From positions 33,144 through 97,143 of the forward strand of contig RXIG01000019.1 of NCBI GenBank assembly GCA_004212155.1: a DNA stretch of 64,000 nucleotides, in the 5' to 3' direction. This document shows positions 37,684 through 46,051 of this stretch, piece after piece. The notes beneath the pieces are model-generated. The model was given only the letters and a program-made list of their open reading frames with translations. It did no database searches and had not been told where the DNA came from. Origin of the DNA: an archaeon. GTDB lineage: Archaea > Methanobacteriota_B > Thermococci > Methanofastidiosales > NM3. The first letter of the stretch is position 1; every line of letters begins with the position of its first letter. Position numbers and translations under genes: made by a program.

Positions 37684-38430
37684 ATGGACCTCCTTCCCTT
37701 CCGACGCGACCGCGGTTCCCTTGCTATGGGCATTGACGAGGCACTGCTCGAAGCGCGCGTTGAGGGATCGATCGGCGACATGGTGCGTTTCTACCAGTTT
37801 TATCCTTCTGCGGTCACGCTCGGTCGATTCCAGCGCATCGACGCATCTGTCCGACGCGACGTATGCGAGCGCGAGGGCATCGACATCACCCGAAGAACGA
37901 CAGGAGGGGGCACGGTCTTCCACGACGCTGCCGGCGAGATAACGTATGCCGTCATCATGGGCATACCCCCGGACCTTGACACGATCACGCGTTCGTACGA
38001 GCGCATATGCTCGGGGCTCGTTGCTGCGCTTGACAGCCTTGGCATCATGGCTACGTTTAGCCCCATCAACGACGTGGTGGTCGGTACGAAAAAGATCTCC
38101 GGATCGGCCCAGACGCGACGAAAAGGCATGTTGCTCCAGCACGGAACTCTCCTCTATAAGACCGATATTGAGCAGCTGGCGCGTGTCCTCAATGTTTCTT
38201 CCGAGAAGCTCTCTGACAAACATGTGACCTCGCTTGCAGAACGCGTAACAACAATAGAACGTGAACGCGGCACCACATCGTTTGAGGATGTGATGGACGC
38301 ACTGCGTTCAGGATTCTCATCAGCACTCGGTGACCTGGCAAAGTGCGAGCTCCCCCCAGGAGTGATCGAGCGCGCGCACGAGCTTGAAAATGCCAAGTAC
38401 ACGAATTTGGCATATATACTTTCAAGATGA
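37684..38430 (+). CDS. Lipoate-protein ligase / octanoyltransferase family protein (LplA/LipM-like)
   Basis: AMGIDEALLE, FYQFYPSAVTLGRFQ, RRTTGGGTVFHD and KISGSAQ motifs of the BPL/LPL catalytic domain are present. The start is ambiguous (37657, 37663 or 37684). Confidence 0.75.
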   Translation: MDLLPFRRDRGSLAMGIDEALLEARVEGSIGDMVRFYQFYPSAVTLGRFQRIDASVRRDVCEREGIDITRRTTGGGTVFHDAAGEITYAVIMGIPPDLDTITRSYERICSGLVAALDSLGIMATFSPINDVVVGTKKISGSAQTRRKGMLLQHGTLLYKTDIEQLARVLNVSSEKLSDKHVTSLAERVTTIERERGTTSFEDVMDALRSGFSSALGDLAKCELPPGVIERAHELENAKYTNLAYILSR

Positions 38431-38520
38431 AGGTGCGCCCACCCTTGGGAAACGCATCGGTTCCTGTGGGGCAACGTAGATGTCGCTTCGAAGAATATAC
38501 CAGAACTGAGAAATATTTAT

Positions 38521-39657
38521 ATGGTCGCTCATCAATGCTTGTATGGTGATTTTTTGACCTATGAACAACAAGTAGCAAAGATCCTTACCAATTATTCCCT
38601 TACGATACAGCCCGGACAAGAAGTGGCAATATTTGGGGACGTGGCTGCAAAGCCCCTGCTCAAGGAGATCTATGCCGAAGTGCTCAGGCTGGGGGCTCAT
38701 CCCACGCTCGTGCCCATGTTCGGCGAGTTCAAGGAGATCTATTTCAAATATGCATCCGAGAAGCAGCTCTCGCACGAAAGCTACATCTCCAAGGCTTTAT
38801 ACAGCACTACCGACCACATCATCAATGTGTGGACGGAAACGAACACGAAACGATTGAGCGCTGTCGACCCTCACAAGATCACGATGAATCAGAAGGCAAA
38901 TACGGCAATCATCAAGACGCTCATGGACCGCGAGGCGCGCGGCGAGCTCTCATGGACGCTTACCGTCTACCCTTCAAACTCCCTTGCGCAGGAGGCGTCG
39001 ATGTCGCTGCTCGACTACAATGACTTCGTCTACAAGGCGTGCCATCTCGACAGTGACGACCCAATCGCCGACTGGAAGGCGATATCGGACCATCAGGCCA
39101 CGATATGCGAATGGCTAAACACCAAAAAGAAGCTTCACTTCGTTGGCGAGGACACAGACCTTACGATGTCGATCGACGGAAGGACATGGGTCAACTGCGA
39201 TGGCAAGAAGAACTTCCCCGACGGGGAGGTCTTCACGGGGCCGGTCGAGGACACGGTCAATGGCACGATCCGCTTTACCTATCCGCTGATCTACCTTGGA
39301 AACGAGATAGAGGACGTGCGGCTCACGTTCAAGGACGGCGAGGTCGTCGATTCGTCCGCCACCAAGGGCGAGGCGCTCCTCAAACAGGTCCTCGAGATCG
39401 ATGAGGGCTCAAAACGCGTCGGTGAGATAGCCATCGGCACGAATTACGGCATCACGCGATTCACGAAACACATGCTCTTCGACGAGAAGATAGGCGGAAC
39501 GATGCACCTCGCCCTCGGACGCTCAATCCCCGAGTCTGGCGGGACCAACATGTCGGCGATACATCTCGACATCCTCAAGGACATGACCAACGGCGGGAAA
39601 GTCTATGCCGACGACGAGCTCTTCTACGAGAACGGCAAGTTCCTCATCGGAGAGTGA
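38521..39657 (+). CDS. M29-family aminopeptidase (AmpS/PepS-like), copy 1
   Basis: 378 aa with the conserved C-terminal block NFPDGEVFTGPVE...IAIGTN...FDEKIGGTMHLALG. Confidence 0.8.
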   Translation: MVAHQCLYGDFLTYEQQVAKILTNYSLTIQPGQEVAIFGDVAAKPLLKEIYAEVLRLGAHPTLVPMFGEFKEIYFKYASEKQLSHESYISKALYSTTDHIINVWTETNTKRLSAVDPHKITMNQKANTAIIKTLMDREARGELSWTLTVYPSNSLAQEASMSLLDYNDFVYKACHLDSDDPIADWKAISDHQATICEWLNTKKKLHFVGEDTDLTMSIDGRTWVNCDGKKNFPDGEVFTGPVEDTVNGTIRFTYPLIYLGNEIEDVRLTFKDGEVVDSSATKGEALLKQVLEIDEGSKRVGEIAIGTNYGITRFTKHMLFDEKIGGTMHLALGRSIPESGGTNMSAIHLDILKDMTNGGKVYADDELFYENGKFLIGE

Positions 39658-40769
39658 TTCGCATGGCAGACGAATACATGAAGAAGATGGCATCGCTTCT
39701 TGTCAACTACTCCACACAGGTAAAGGAGGGCGACGCAGTGGTCATCGCGGCCGATGCGTCGGCGCGCGACATGATGCTCGAGATCTACCGTGAGGTGCTA
39801 CGCGCCGGCGGCATACCCATGATCGTACCCCAGTTCGAGGATGCAAGCTACATCTTCTACGCTACCGCGAGCGATGCGCAACTCGATGCCGTCCATCCGC
39901 TCATGGACGATATCGCGAAAAAGACCGACGTATCGATCCAGCTCCTTGCAGGTACGAACTTGAAGAGCCTCTCGACCATCGACCCCTCGCGAATTGCACG
40001 CCGCAGCAAGGCGCAATCGTATCTCATGGATATCTTTATGGAACGACAGGCTAAAAAGGAACTACGATGGGTCCTAGGCCCCTATCCATCACCCGCATAC
40101 GCCCAGGAGGCGTCGATGTCGACCGAGGCCTACGAGGAGTTCGTCTACAAAGCGTGCCTCCTCGACGCCGACGATCCGGTGGCCGAATGGCAGCGCCTCT
40201 CGAAGGTGCAGCAGGTCGTATGCGACTACCTGGAGAAGTGTTCCGAGCTGAGGTATGTCGGGGTGGACACCGACCTGACGATGTCGATCAAGGGACGAAC
40301 GTGGATCAATTGCGACGGTGACAACAACATGCCAGACGGCGAGGTCTTTACCGGCCCCGTGGAGGACTCGGTCAACGGCACGATCAGATTCACATACCCC
40401 GCCATCTACCATGGGAACGAGGTAGAGGATGTGCGCCTCACTTTCAAGGACGGCAAGGTCGTCGAGGCGCGTGCATCAAAGGGCGAGGCATTCCTCAACA
40501 AGATGCTCGACACCGACGAGGGCGCACGCTACGTTGGTGAGGCAGCTATCGGCACAAACGCGGGCATCACCCACTTCTCAAAGAACATGCTCTTCGACGA
40601 GAAGATGGGGGGAACGATACACATCGCGCTTGGCGCAGGCTATCCGGAGACCGGTTCGACCAACAAATCCTCGATACACTGGGACATCCTCAAGGACATG
40701 AAGGATGGCGGCAAGGTCTATGCCGACGACGAGCTCATCTACGAGGATGGAACGTTCCTTATCCTCTAA
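39654..40769 (+). CDS. M29-family aminopeptidase (AmpS/PepS-like), copy 2
   Basis: 371 aa, colinear with copy 1 (NMPDGEVFTGPVE...AAIGTN...FDEKMGGTIHIALG). Its start overlaps the copy 1 stop. Confidence 0.8.
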   Translation: MIRMADEYMKKMASLLVNYSTQVKEGDAVVIAADASARDMMLEIYREVLRAGGIPMIVPQFEDASYIFYATASDAQLDAVHPLMDDIAKKTDVSIQLLAGTNLKSLSTIDPSRIARRSKAQSYLMDIFMERQAKKELRWVLGPYPSPAYAQEASMSTEAYEEFVYKACLLDADDPVAEWQRLSKVQQVVCDYLEKCSELRYVGVDTDLTMSIKGRTWINCDGDNNMPDGEVFTGPVEDSVNGTIRFTYPAIYHGNEVEDVRLTFKDGKVVEARASKGEAFLNKMLDTDEGARYVGEAAIGTNAGITHFSKNMLFDEKMGGTIHIALGAGYPETGSTNKSSIHWDILKDMKDGGKVYADDELIYEDGTFLIL

Positions 40770-40824
40770 TCTTCCACTTTTTCTTTCACATATCTTTTTA
40801 ATGTAGGGATAGTTCAGTGGATGT

Positions 40825-41391
40825 ATGGCAGTTGAGGCACTTGCAGCAAGCTTTGCACTGGTGGCATTGGCCGAACTTGGCGACAAGACACAGCTTGCCA
40901 TCTTCTCGTTCTCGGCCAAGTACAGGCACCGGATGCCCATCATCATTGGCATCGCGCTGGGATTCGCTCTCGTCGACGGACTTGCCGTTGTGTTCGGACA
41001 GGCCATCACGACGTTTATCTCGCAGGACGTGCTCAACATAGCCACGAGCATCGCATTCATAGTGTTTGGTATCTACTTCCTGCTACATACCGAAAACGAG
41101 GAAGAAGTCCAGAGAAAAGGGAAAAAATCGCTGTTCTTTTCGTCCTTTGCCCTTATCACAGCAATGGAGATGGGTGACAAGACCCAGCTGCTCACCATCA
41201 CGCTTGCTGCACAATACGATGCTCCGCTGGCGGTGTTCGCAGGTTCGTGGGGCGCACTCATGACCCTTTCGCTCATTGCCCTCCTCGTAGGGCGCACTAT
41301 TGCCCAGAGGGTAGCATCCCACAGGATACAATACCTGTCAGGGGCGCTCTTCATCCTTCTTGGTATCGCGGGATTGTTGCGATTCGCGTAG
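40825..41391 (+). CDS. UPF0016/GDT1(TMEM165)-family cation (Ca2+/Mn2+) transporter
   Basis: Two E-x-G-D-K-T motifs (AELGDKTQL, MEMGDKTQL) occur in a 188-aa protein with 6 TM helices. Confidence 0.8.
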   Translation: MAVEALAASFALVALAELGDKTQLAIFSFSAKYRHRMPIIIGIALGFALVDGLAVVFGQAITTFISQDVLNIATSIAFIVFGIYFLLHTENEEEVQRKGKKSLFFSSFALITAMEMGDKTQLLTITLAAQYDAPLAVFAGSWGALMTLSLIALLVGRTIAQRVASHRIQYLSGALFILLGIAGLLRFA

Positions 41392-41421
41392 ATTTATAAA
41401 CGAGGAGACGATGTGTAGTGT

Positions 41422-41676
41422 ATGGAGATCTTCATTGCATCCGAAGCGATCGTCATTCCCCCTTACATGCTAGAGGAGATGGGTATATCGCCTGATGACA
41501 GGATCATTATGACGGCGAGCAAGGGAAAGGTGATCATCGAACGGTACGAGAGCAGGCGCCTCGCGGAGATGCTCGCCAAGGAACTGCGCGGCGTGGAACG
41601 AGACAGGATCGTGCGCGACACGGAGGAGAAGGTATATGAACGACTCTGGGAAGAATACCCCTTCCTTCGTGATTGA
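41422..41676 (+). CDS. AbrB/SpoVT-fold protein (VapB-like antitoxin candidate)
   Basis: 84 aa. The N-terminal swapped-hairpin-like segment is AIVIPPYMLEEMGISPDDRIIMTASKGKVIIE. Confidence 0.6.
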   Translation: MEIFIASEAIVIPPYMLEEMGISPDDRIIMTASKGKVIIERYESRRLAEMLAKELRGVERDRIVRDTEEKVYERLWEEYPFLRD

Positions 41677-42127
41677 CCACGAGCTCGTCTCCGACATCAT
41701 ACGCAATCCTTCGAAACATCAGTCGGAGATCGAGGCGGTCATCAAGGCCAGCACCTCGCCTGAAGTGAGGCTGGTCGACTCGGACATGGGGCGATACTAC
41801 CTGCAGCATTTGATGATGAGCGCCCGTTACTACTACCTCATGAAGGACTTCTTCTGGACGCACAAGCTCAAGGCGCAGGAAACGCCTCAACTCACGTTCT
41901 TCATCCTTTCGGGACTCTACAAAGCGCTCGAGATTTGCGAGGTCGAAACGGAAGCGCTCGAGGGGATGAGAGGCTTATTGAAAAAACACTCGGGGCTGGA
42001 TGTGGTAATGTTCACCGTCGCGCGCAAGATGGGCGCAACTATCATCTCGAACAGGGACACTGTGCACAAAAACGCCCTTGGCATCGACGTGGTGGGCTCG
42101 GTGGAGTTCTTGTCCAGCATACGTTAA
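41669..42127 (+). CDS. PIN-domain-like protein (VapC-like toxin candidate)
   Basis: I chose the GTG at 41669 as start because it overlaps the upstream stop as GTGATTGA. An early acidic residue (VIDHE) and the distal block LDVVMFTVARKMGATIISNRD are PIN-like. The identification is tentative. Confidence 0.5.
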   Translation: MIDHELVSDIIRNPSKHQSEIEAVIKASTSPEVRLVDSDMGRYYLQHLMMSARYYYLMKDFFWTHKLKAQETPQLTFFILSGLYKALEICEVETEALEGMRGLLKKHSGLDVVMFTVARKMGATIISNRDTVHKNALGIDVVGSVEFLSSIR

Positions 42128-44550
42128 CCCTCTATCTTGCGTATGTGCGAACGAGCGCGTTTGGCCACCGTCTCATCTCCCACCGCAAGTGCTATGCGCT
42201 CCACGGCCTCAAGCTTGTGTATCACCTGATCGAGATACGAGAAGATGTCGCCCGCATATAGCTGGAGACCAAACTCGCGGGAAAAGTACGATGATATCGC
42301 ACGTGGCGAGCTCTTGCCCATGCGCAAGTCGAGCAGTTGCCGCGATACCTCCTGCGGAGGGTGTTCGCAAAACGGCGTGTCACACGAGCATGTGAAGAAC
42401 TCCATGACGATCTTGAGCGCTGTCTCCTGTGCCGTGACGGGCAGCGATGAGATCGCGTCTGCATCCTCGATCTTTTCCAACACCTCTCCGGAGAAGAGAC
42501 GAGCGGAGTTCGTGTCAAGCATCGATTGTAACGCGCTGGTAAGATAGACGTTCTCGAATGGCAGGAGGGAGATGGCCACATCCAGCGGGTCCCTTGAAAG
42601 GCCCTTGCGAATGCGAAGCGCATCCTCGACCGATAGAAAGCTTTGTGCGATAGCCCGACCAAATGGCGTCAGTGACTCCCCTTTCAAGACGCCGTGTTCG
42701 CGAAGCTCTCCGCGTTTTTCAAGCGGCAGGGGCCAGATGGCATGTTCGTTGAAGTCATCGATAGGGCGATGCCCTGTCGCGTAGCAGGCGATGAGGTCCT
42801 CCTTTTCCTGCTCGGGTGTCAGCACGAGCTCGACATCCTCGACCGAACCCTCGATGAGCGAGAATGCAAGCACATCCTCCGACTCGCCGCGCACCGTCTT
42901 CAGGGGGTCAACGAGCAGGTAGACCTTCCCGCGCTCATGGAATCCTGGGCGGCCCGCACGTCCCAGCATCTGGTGGAACTCCCCGACGCGAAGCGGTTCT
43001 GCCCCCATTACCATCGACTCGAGCACCACTGCGGAGGATGGAAAATCGACGCCTGCGGAGAGTGCGGCGGTGGTGACGATGCACTGAAGCCTTTGCTTCC
43101 AGTACGCTCGCTCGATCTTGACGCGCTCAGCGTACGAAAGGCCCGAGTGGTAGCTTGCCGCTGAGAGACCCTTGGCATTGAGGTATGAAGCTAGCTGGCT
43201 GCATTTGAGGCGCGAGTTTGTAAACACCATCGTCTGTCCGTGGTATCCCGCCTCCGAGACGGAGTCCCACTCCTTTTTCACGATGCGTTTGATGACCTCC
43301 TTCTTCCTGCCCTCATCCTTGAAGATGAGGTGACGCTCGAGGGGGATGGGTCGCTTGTCATAGACCACTGGGGTGAGTTCAAGGTCCTCGGCAAGCTCGG
43401 CAGCGTTGCCTATTGTTGCCGACAGGCCTATGATCTGTGCGCGGGGATGGAGCGTTCTCAGGCGTGTGATAAGCCCTGCGAGGCGATATCCCCTCTCCGG
43501 GTCAGAGAGCATATGGACCTCGTCGATGACCACACATCCGATCTCACCGATGTCCATGCCCGAACGAAGCACATAGTCAAGGCCCTCGTAGGTGCCTACA
43601 ATGATGTCTGCGGCAAGGTCGCTGTCGATGACGACGAGGTCGTCGGCCGACTTGATGCGGGACATGCCCACGCGGATCGATACCGAATGACGCTTGCCCC
43701 ACCGTTTCCTGAAATCGCCATACTTTTGGTTCGCCAGCGCAACGAGCGGGGTGAGGAAGATGAACTTGCGTCCGGCAGAGACGCTCATGATCCCCGCCAT
43801 CTCAGCAATGAGCGTCTTGCCAGATGCCGTAGCGCTCGCGACGAGGAGGCTTTGCCCATCAAGCAATCCTTTCTCGAGCGCCAGCACCTGGACCGGCATG
43901 AACTTTTCTATGCCCGCACGCTGAACATAGCTGCGCACCGACGATGGAAGCGGATACGCATCGACGGAGACGGTCATGGCCCTCGTGTCTGCGGGCATGC
44001 TATCAAGGAGCGTAAGCTGTCCGTCGCGCATCACATCAGTTGCCGGGTCGAACATGCGTATCACACGGTCCACATCGCGCACGCGCTTGAGAATGGCAAG
44101 GATCTTGTCCGAGAACGCGATGTTTCTAAACTTCATCTCGCGTTCGATCTCCTTTTTCGCACACGAGAGGCAGATACGCTCGCCGTGGCGCAGCGCATAG
44201 CGTTTCGATATGGCGGTGATGTAGCCCTCTATCGCACAGAATCGGCAGAGGTCGATGAGATAGACCTGTGTCCCTATACGCCTGAAGAACGCAACGAGTT
44301 CGGACTGCAGCTTTGCCGTCTCGGCGTCCTTCGAGATGTAGACGAGATTCTTTCGTATCATCTCGGTGGCCACCTTCGGCTGCAAAATGCCTGCCTCGCC
44401 GCGGAACTTGGCTATCGAGAGACGCTCACCCTCCCGCCTAAAATCGATGAAATACTTCGATGGCGTGGCCCTATTGACCTTCTTTGCACCCCGAAGCAGA
44501 TTAAGCTCTATAGAGAGGCTTTTTCCAGGTAATTTTCGGACGATGAGCAT
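42124..44550 (-). CDS. Ski2-like superfamily-2 helicase with N-terminal zinc finger (ASH-Ski2/Eta-like)
   Basis: Walker A is present as ATASGKT, the DEVH box as VIDEVHML, and the N-terminal 4-Cys element as CRFC...CLSC. I moved the start to ATG 44550 because the listed 44655 start would overlap the divergent GlcD-like gene. Confidence 0.8.
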   Translation of the reverse strand: MLIVRKLPGKSLSIELNLLRGAKKVNRATPSKYFIDFRREGERLSIAKFRGEAGILQPKVATEMIRKNLVYISKDAETAKLQSELVAFFRRIGTQVYLIDLCRFCAIEGYITAISKRYALRHGERICLSCAKKEIEREMKFRNIAFSDKILAILKRVRDVDRVIRMFDPATDVMRDGQLTLLDSMPADTRAMTVSVDAYPLPSSVRSYVQRAGIEKFMPVQVLALEKGLLDGQSLLVASATASGKTLIAEMAGIMSVSAGRKFIFLTPLVALANQKYGDFRKRWGKRHSVSIRVGMSRIKSADDLVVIDSDLAADIIVGTYEGLDYVLRSGMDIGEIGCVVIDEVHMLSDPERGYRLAGLITRLRTLHPRAQIIGLSATIGNAAELAEDLELTPVVYDKRPIPLERHLIFKDEGRKKEVIKRIVKKEWDSVSEAGYHGQTMVFTNSRLKCSQLASYLNAKGLSAASYHSGLSYAERVKIERAYWKQRLQCIVTTAALSAGVDFPSSAVVLESMVMGAEPLRVGEFHQMLGRAGRPGFHERGKVYLLVDPLKTVRGESEDVLAFSLIEGSVEDVELVLTPEQEKEDLIACYATGHRPIDDFNEHAIWPLPLEKRGELREHGVLKGESLTPFGRAIAQSFLSVEDALRIRKGLSRDPLDVAISLLPFENVYLTSALQSMLDTNSARLFSGEVLEKIEDADAISSLPVTAQETALKIVMEFFTCSCDTPFCEHPPQEVSRQLLDLRMGKSSPRAISSYFSREFGLQLYAGDIFSYLDQVIHKLEAVERIALAVGDETVAKRARSHIRKIEG

Positions 44551-44602
44551 GTGACCACAGCTTTTTAAACTTCGAATTGCTAATAAAAGTATTGGTGAAC
44601 CG

Positions 44603-46051
44603 ATGGGTACCCTTTTCGATGAACTTGTTGGTCTCTTGGGGAACCGCAAGGTCACGTGCGATCCGATCGACCTGTTTCCCTACAGCAGGGACTGGTGTCC
44701 CCTTGAGCATGACCATGACTTCTTGCCCGAGGCGGTATGCCTTCCCTCAACGACTGAGGAGGTCGCAGACATACTCAACCTTGCTTCCAAGCGAGGCGTT
44801 CCCGTCGTGGCATGGGGAGGGGGCACGGGCATGGGCGGCGACTGCATCGCCGTTGACGGAGGCATCGTCATCGCCACCAGGCAGCTAAACAACGTTGTCG
44901 AACTCGATGAGGAGAACCGTACGATCACCGTGCAGGCGGGCATCACCATCGAGGACGTCAACGAAGTGCTTGCCCGGTACGGCCTATGGTTCCCTCACGA
45001 CCCCGAATCGAAACCGACCTCGACGGTCGGTGCGGCGATCGCATGCGACAACAACGGCACATTCGGGCTGCGCTACGGCAGCATGGTCGACCTCCTTTTG
45101 AGCGCGCGCGTCGTACTGTCGACAGGTGAGATCATTGATGCGGGCCCCCGCAAGGCGCATACGACCTCCACGGGATACAAGCTGCACTATCTGATGCTTG
45201 GCGCCCAGGGCACCCTTGGCATCGTTACCGAGGCGACCCTCGCGGTCCACCCGCTGCCCCCATCGCGGGAGGTGTCGCTTTGGCTCTTGCCCTCGATGCA
45301 GTCGGGCATCGATATACTCTATTCCCTCCACAGGGCGGGCGTCTGGCTTGAATCTGCGCATATCAACGACCGCTACCGCCTGGATTACTACACCCATGCA
45401 TACCAAGAGAGGACGGGAAATGACGTGACGATCCCGGAGGGATATCAGGCACTCCTTGGCGTGAGCGTTGCTGGAGACGACGACGTGGTCGCATGGACGA
45501 TGAAGAAGATGGGCACCGTCATCGCCGATGGGGGTGGCAGGCGGTTGGACAACCCTGAACTCGAAGAGGCATGGTGGGCATCCAAGCATACGCTCTCGTG
45601 GGAGAAGAACAAATGGTCGTCCTCGCAAAAGGAGGCAAAGTTCGGCGCCGCTGACGTCGCCGTGCCGGTGGGGCGCGTGCAGGACATCTACGACACGTTC
45701 GTACAAAGCGCCACGTCACGCGGACTCCCCATCGTCGGTGTCGCCGTCTACAATGCGCGTCCGCACGTATCGCCCTCGCTAAGCTGTGCCGTCTATGTCG
45801 ACGACCACGATCCGCTGAGCGTCTTTTCGTTTTACCGGTACCTCGACGACATGGCGCGTGCGGCACTCTCGATGCAGGGGACGATGAGCAGCTATATCGG
45901 CGACGGCATGCGCCTGCGCCACCTTGCACGAGCCGAACATGGGCGCGGCCTCGATGTGATGTGGAGGGTCAAAGATGCGCTCGACCCGTCGCACACACTC
46001 AATCCTCACAAGATCTTCCCAGACGATATCGAGCGGGGGAGACCACCGTGA
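44603..46051 (+). CDS. FAD-linked oxidase (GlcD / D-lactate dehydrogenase family)
   Basis: The FAD-binding PCMH domain is recognisable (PSTTEEVADILNLASKRGVPVVAWGGGTGMGG). 482 aa. Confidence 0.8.
   Translation: MGTLFDELVGLLGNRKVTCDPIDLFPYSRDWCPLEHDHDFLPEAVCLPSTTEEVADILNLASKRGVPVVAWGGGTGMGGDCIAVDGGIVIATRQLNNVVELDEENRTITVQAGITIEDVNEVLARYGLWFPHDPESKPTSTVGAAIACDNNGTFGLRYGSMVDLLLSARVVLSTGEIIDAGPRKAHTTSTGYKLHYLMLGAQGTLGIVTEATLAVHPLPPSREVSLWLLPSMQSGIDILYSLHRAGVWLESAHINDRYRLDYYTHAYQERTGNDVTIPEGYQALLGVSVAGDDDVVAWTMKKMGTVIADGGGRRLDNPELEEAWWASKHTLSWEKNKWSSSQKEAKFGAADVAVPVGRVQDIYDTFVQSATSRGLPIVGVAVYNARPHVSPSLSCAVYVDDHDPLSVFSFYRYLDDMARAALSMQGTMSSYIGDGMRLRHLARAEHGRGLDVMWRVKDALDPSHTLNPHKIFPDDIERGRPP

Noticed and set aside
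44551-44655. Longer N-terminus of the helicase (listed start 44655)
   Set aside because: It would overlap the divergent GlcD-like gene start (44603) and consume the only possible promoter region. ATG 44550 leaves a 52-bp AT-rich spacer.
45961-46047. Longer N-terminus of the GlcF/HdrD-like gene (listed start 45961)
   Set aside because: It lies inside the GlcD-like coding region in another frame. GTG 46048 gives a GTGA stop-start overlap and begins just before the first Cys motif.
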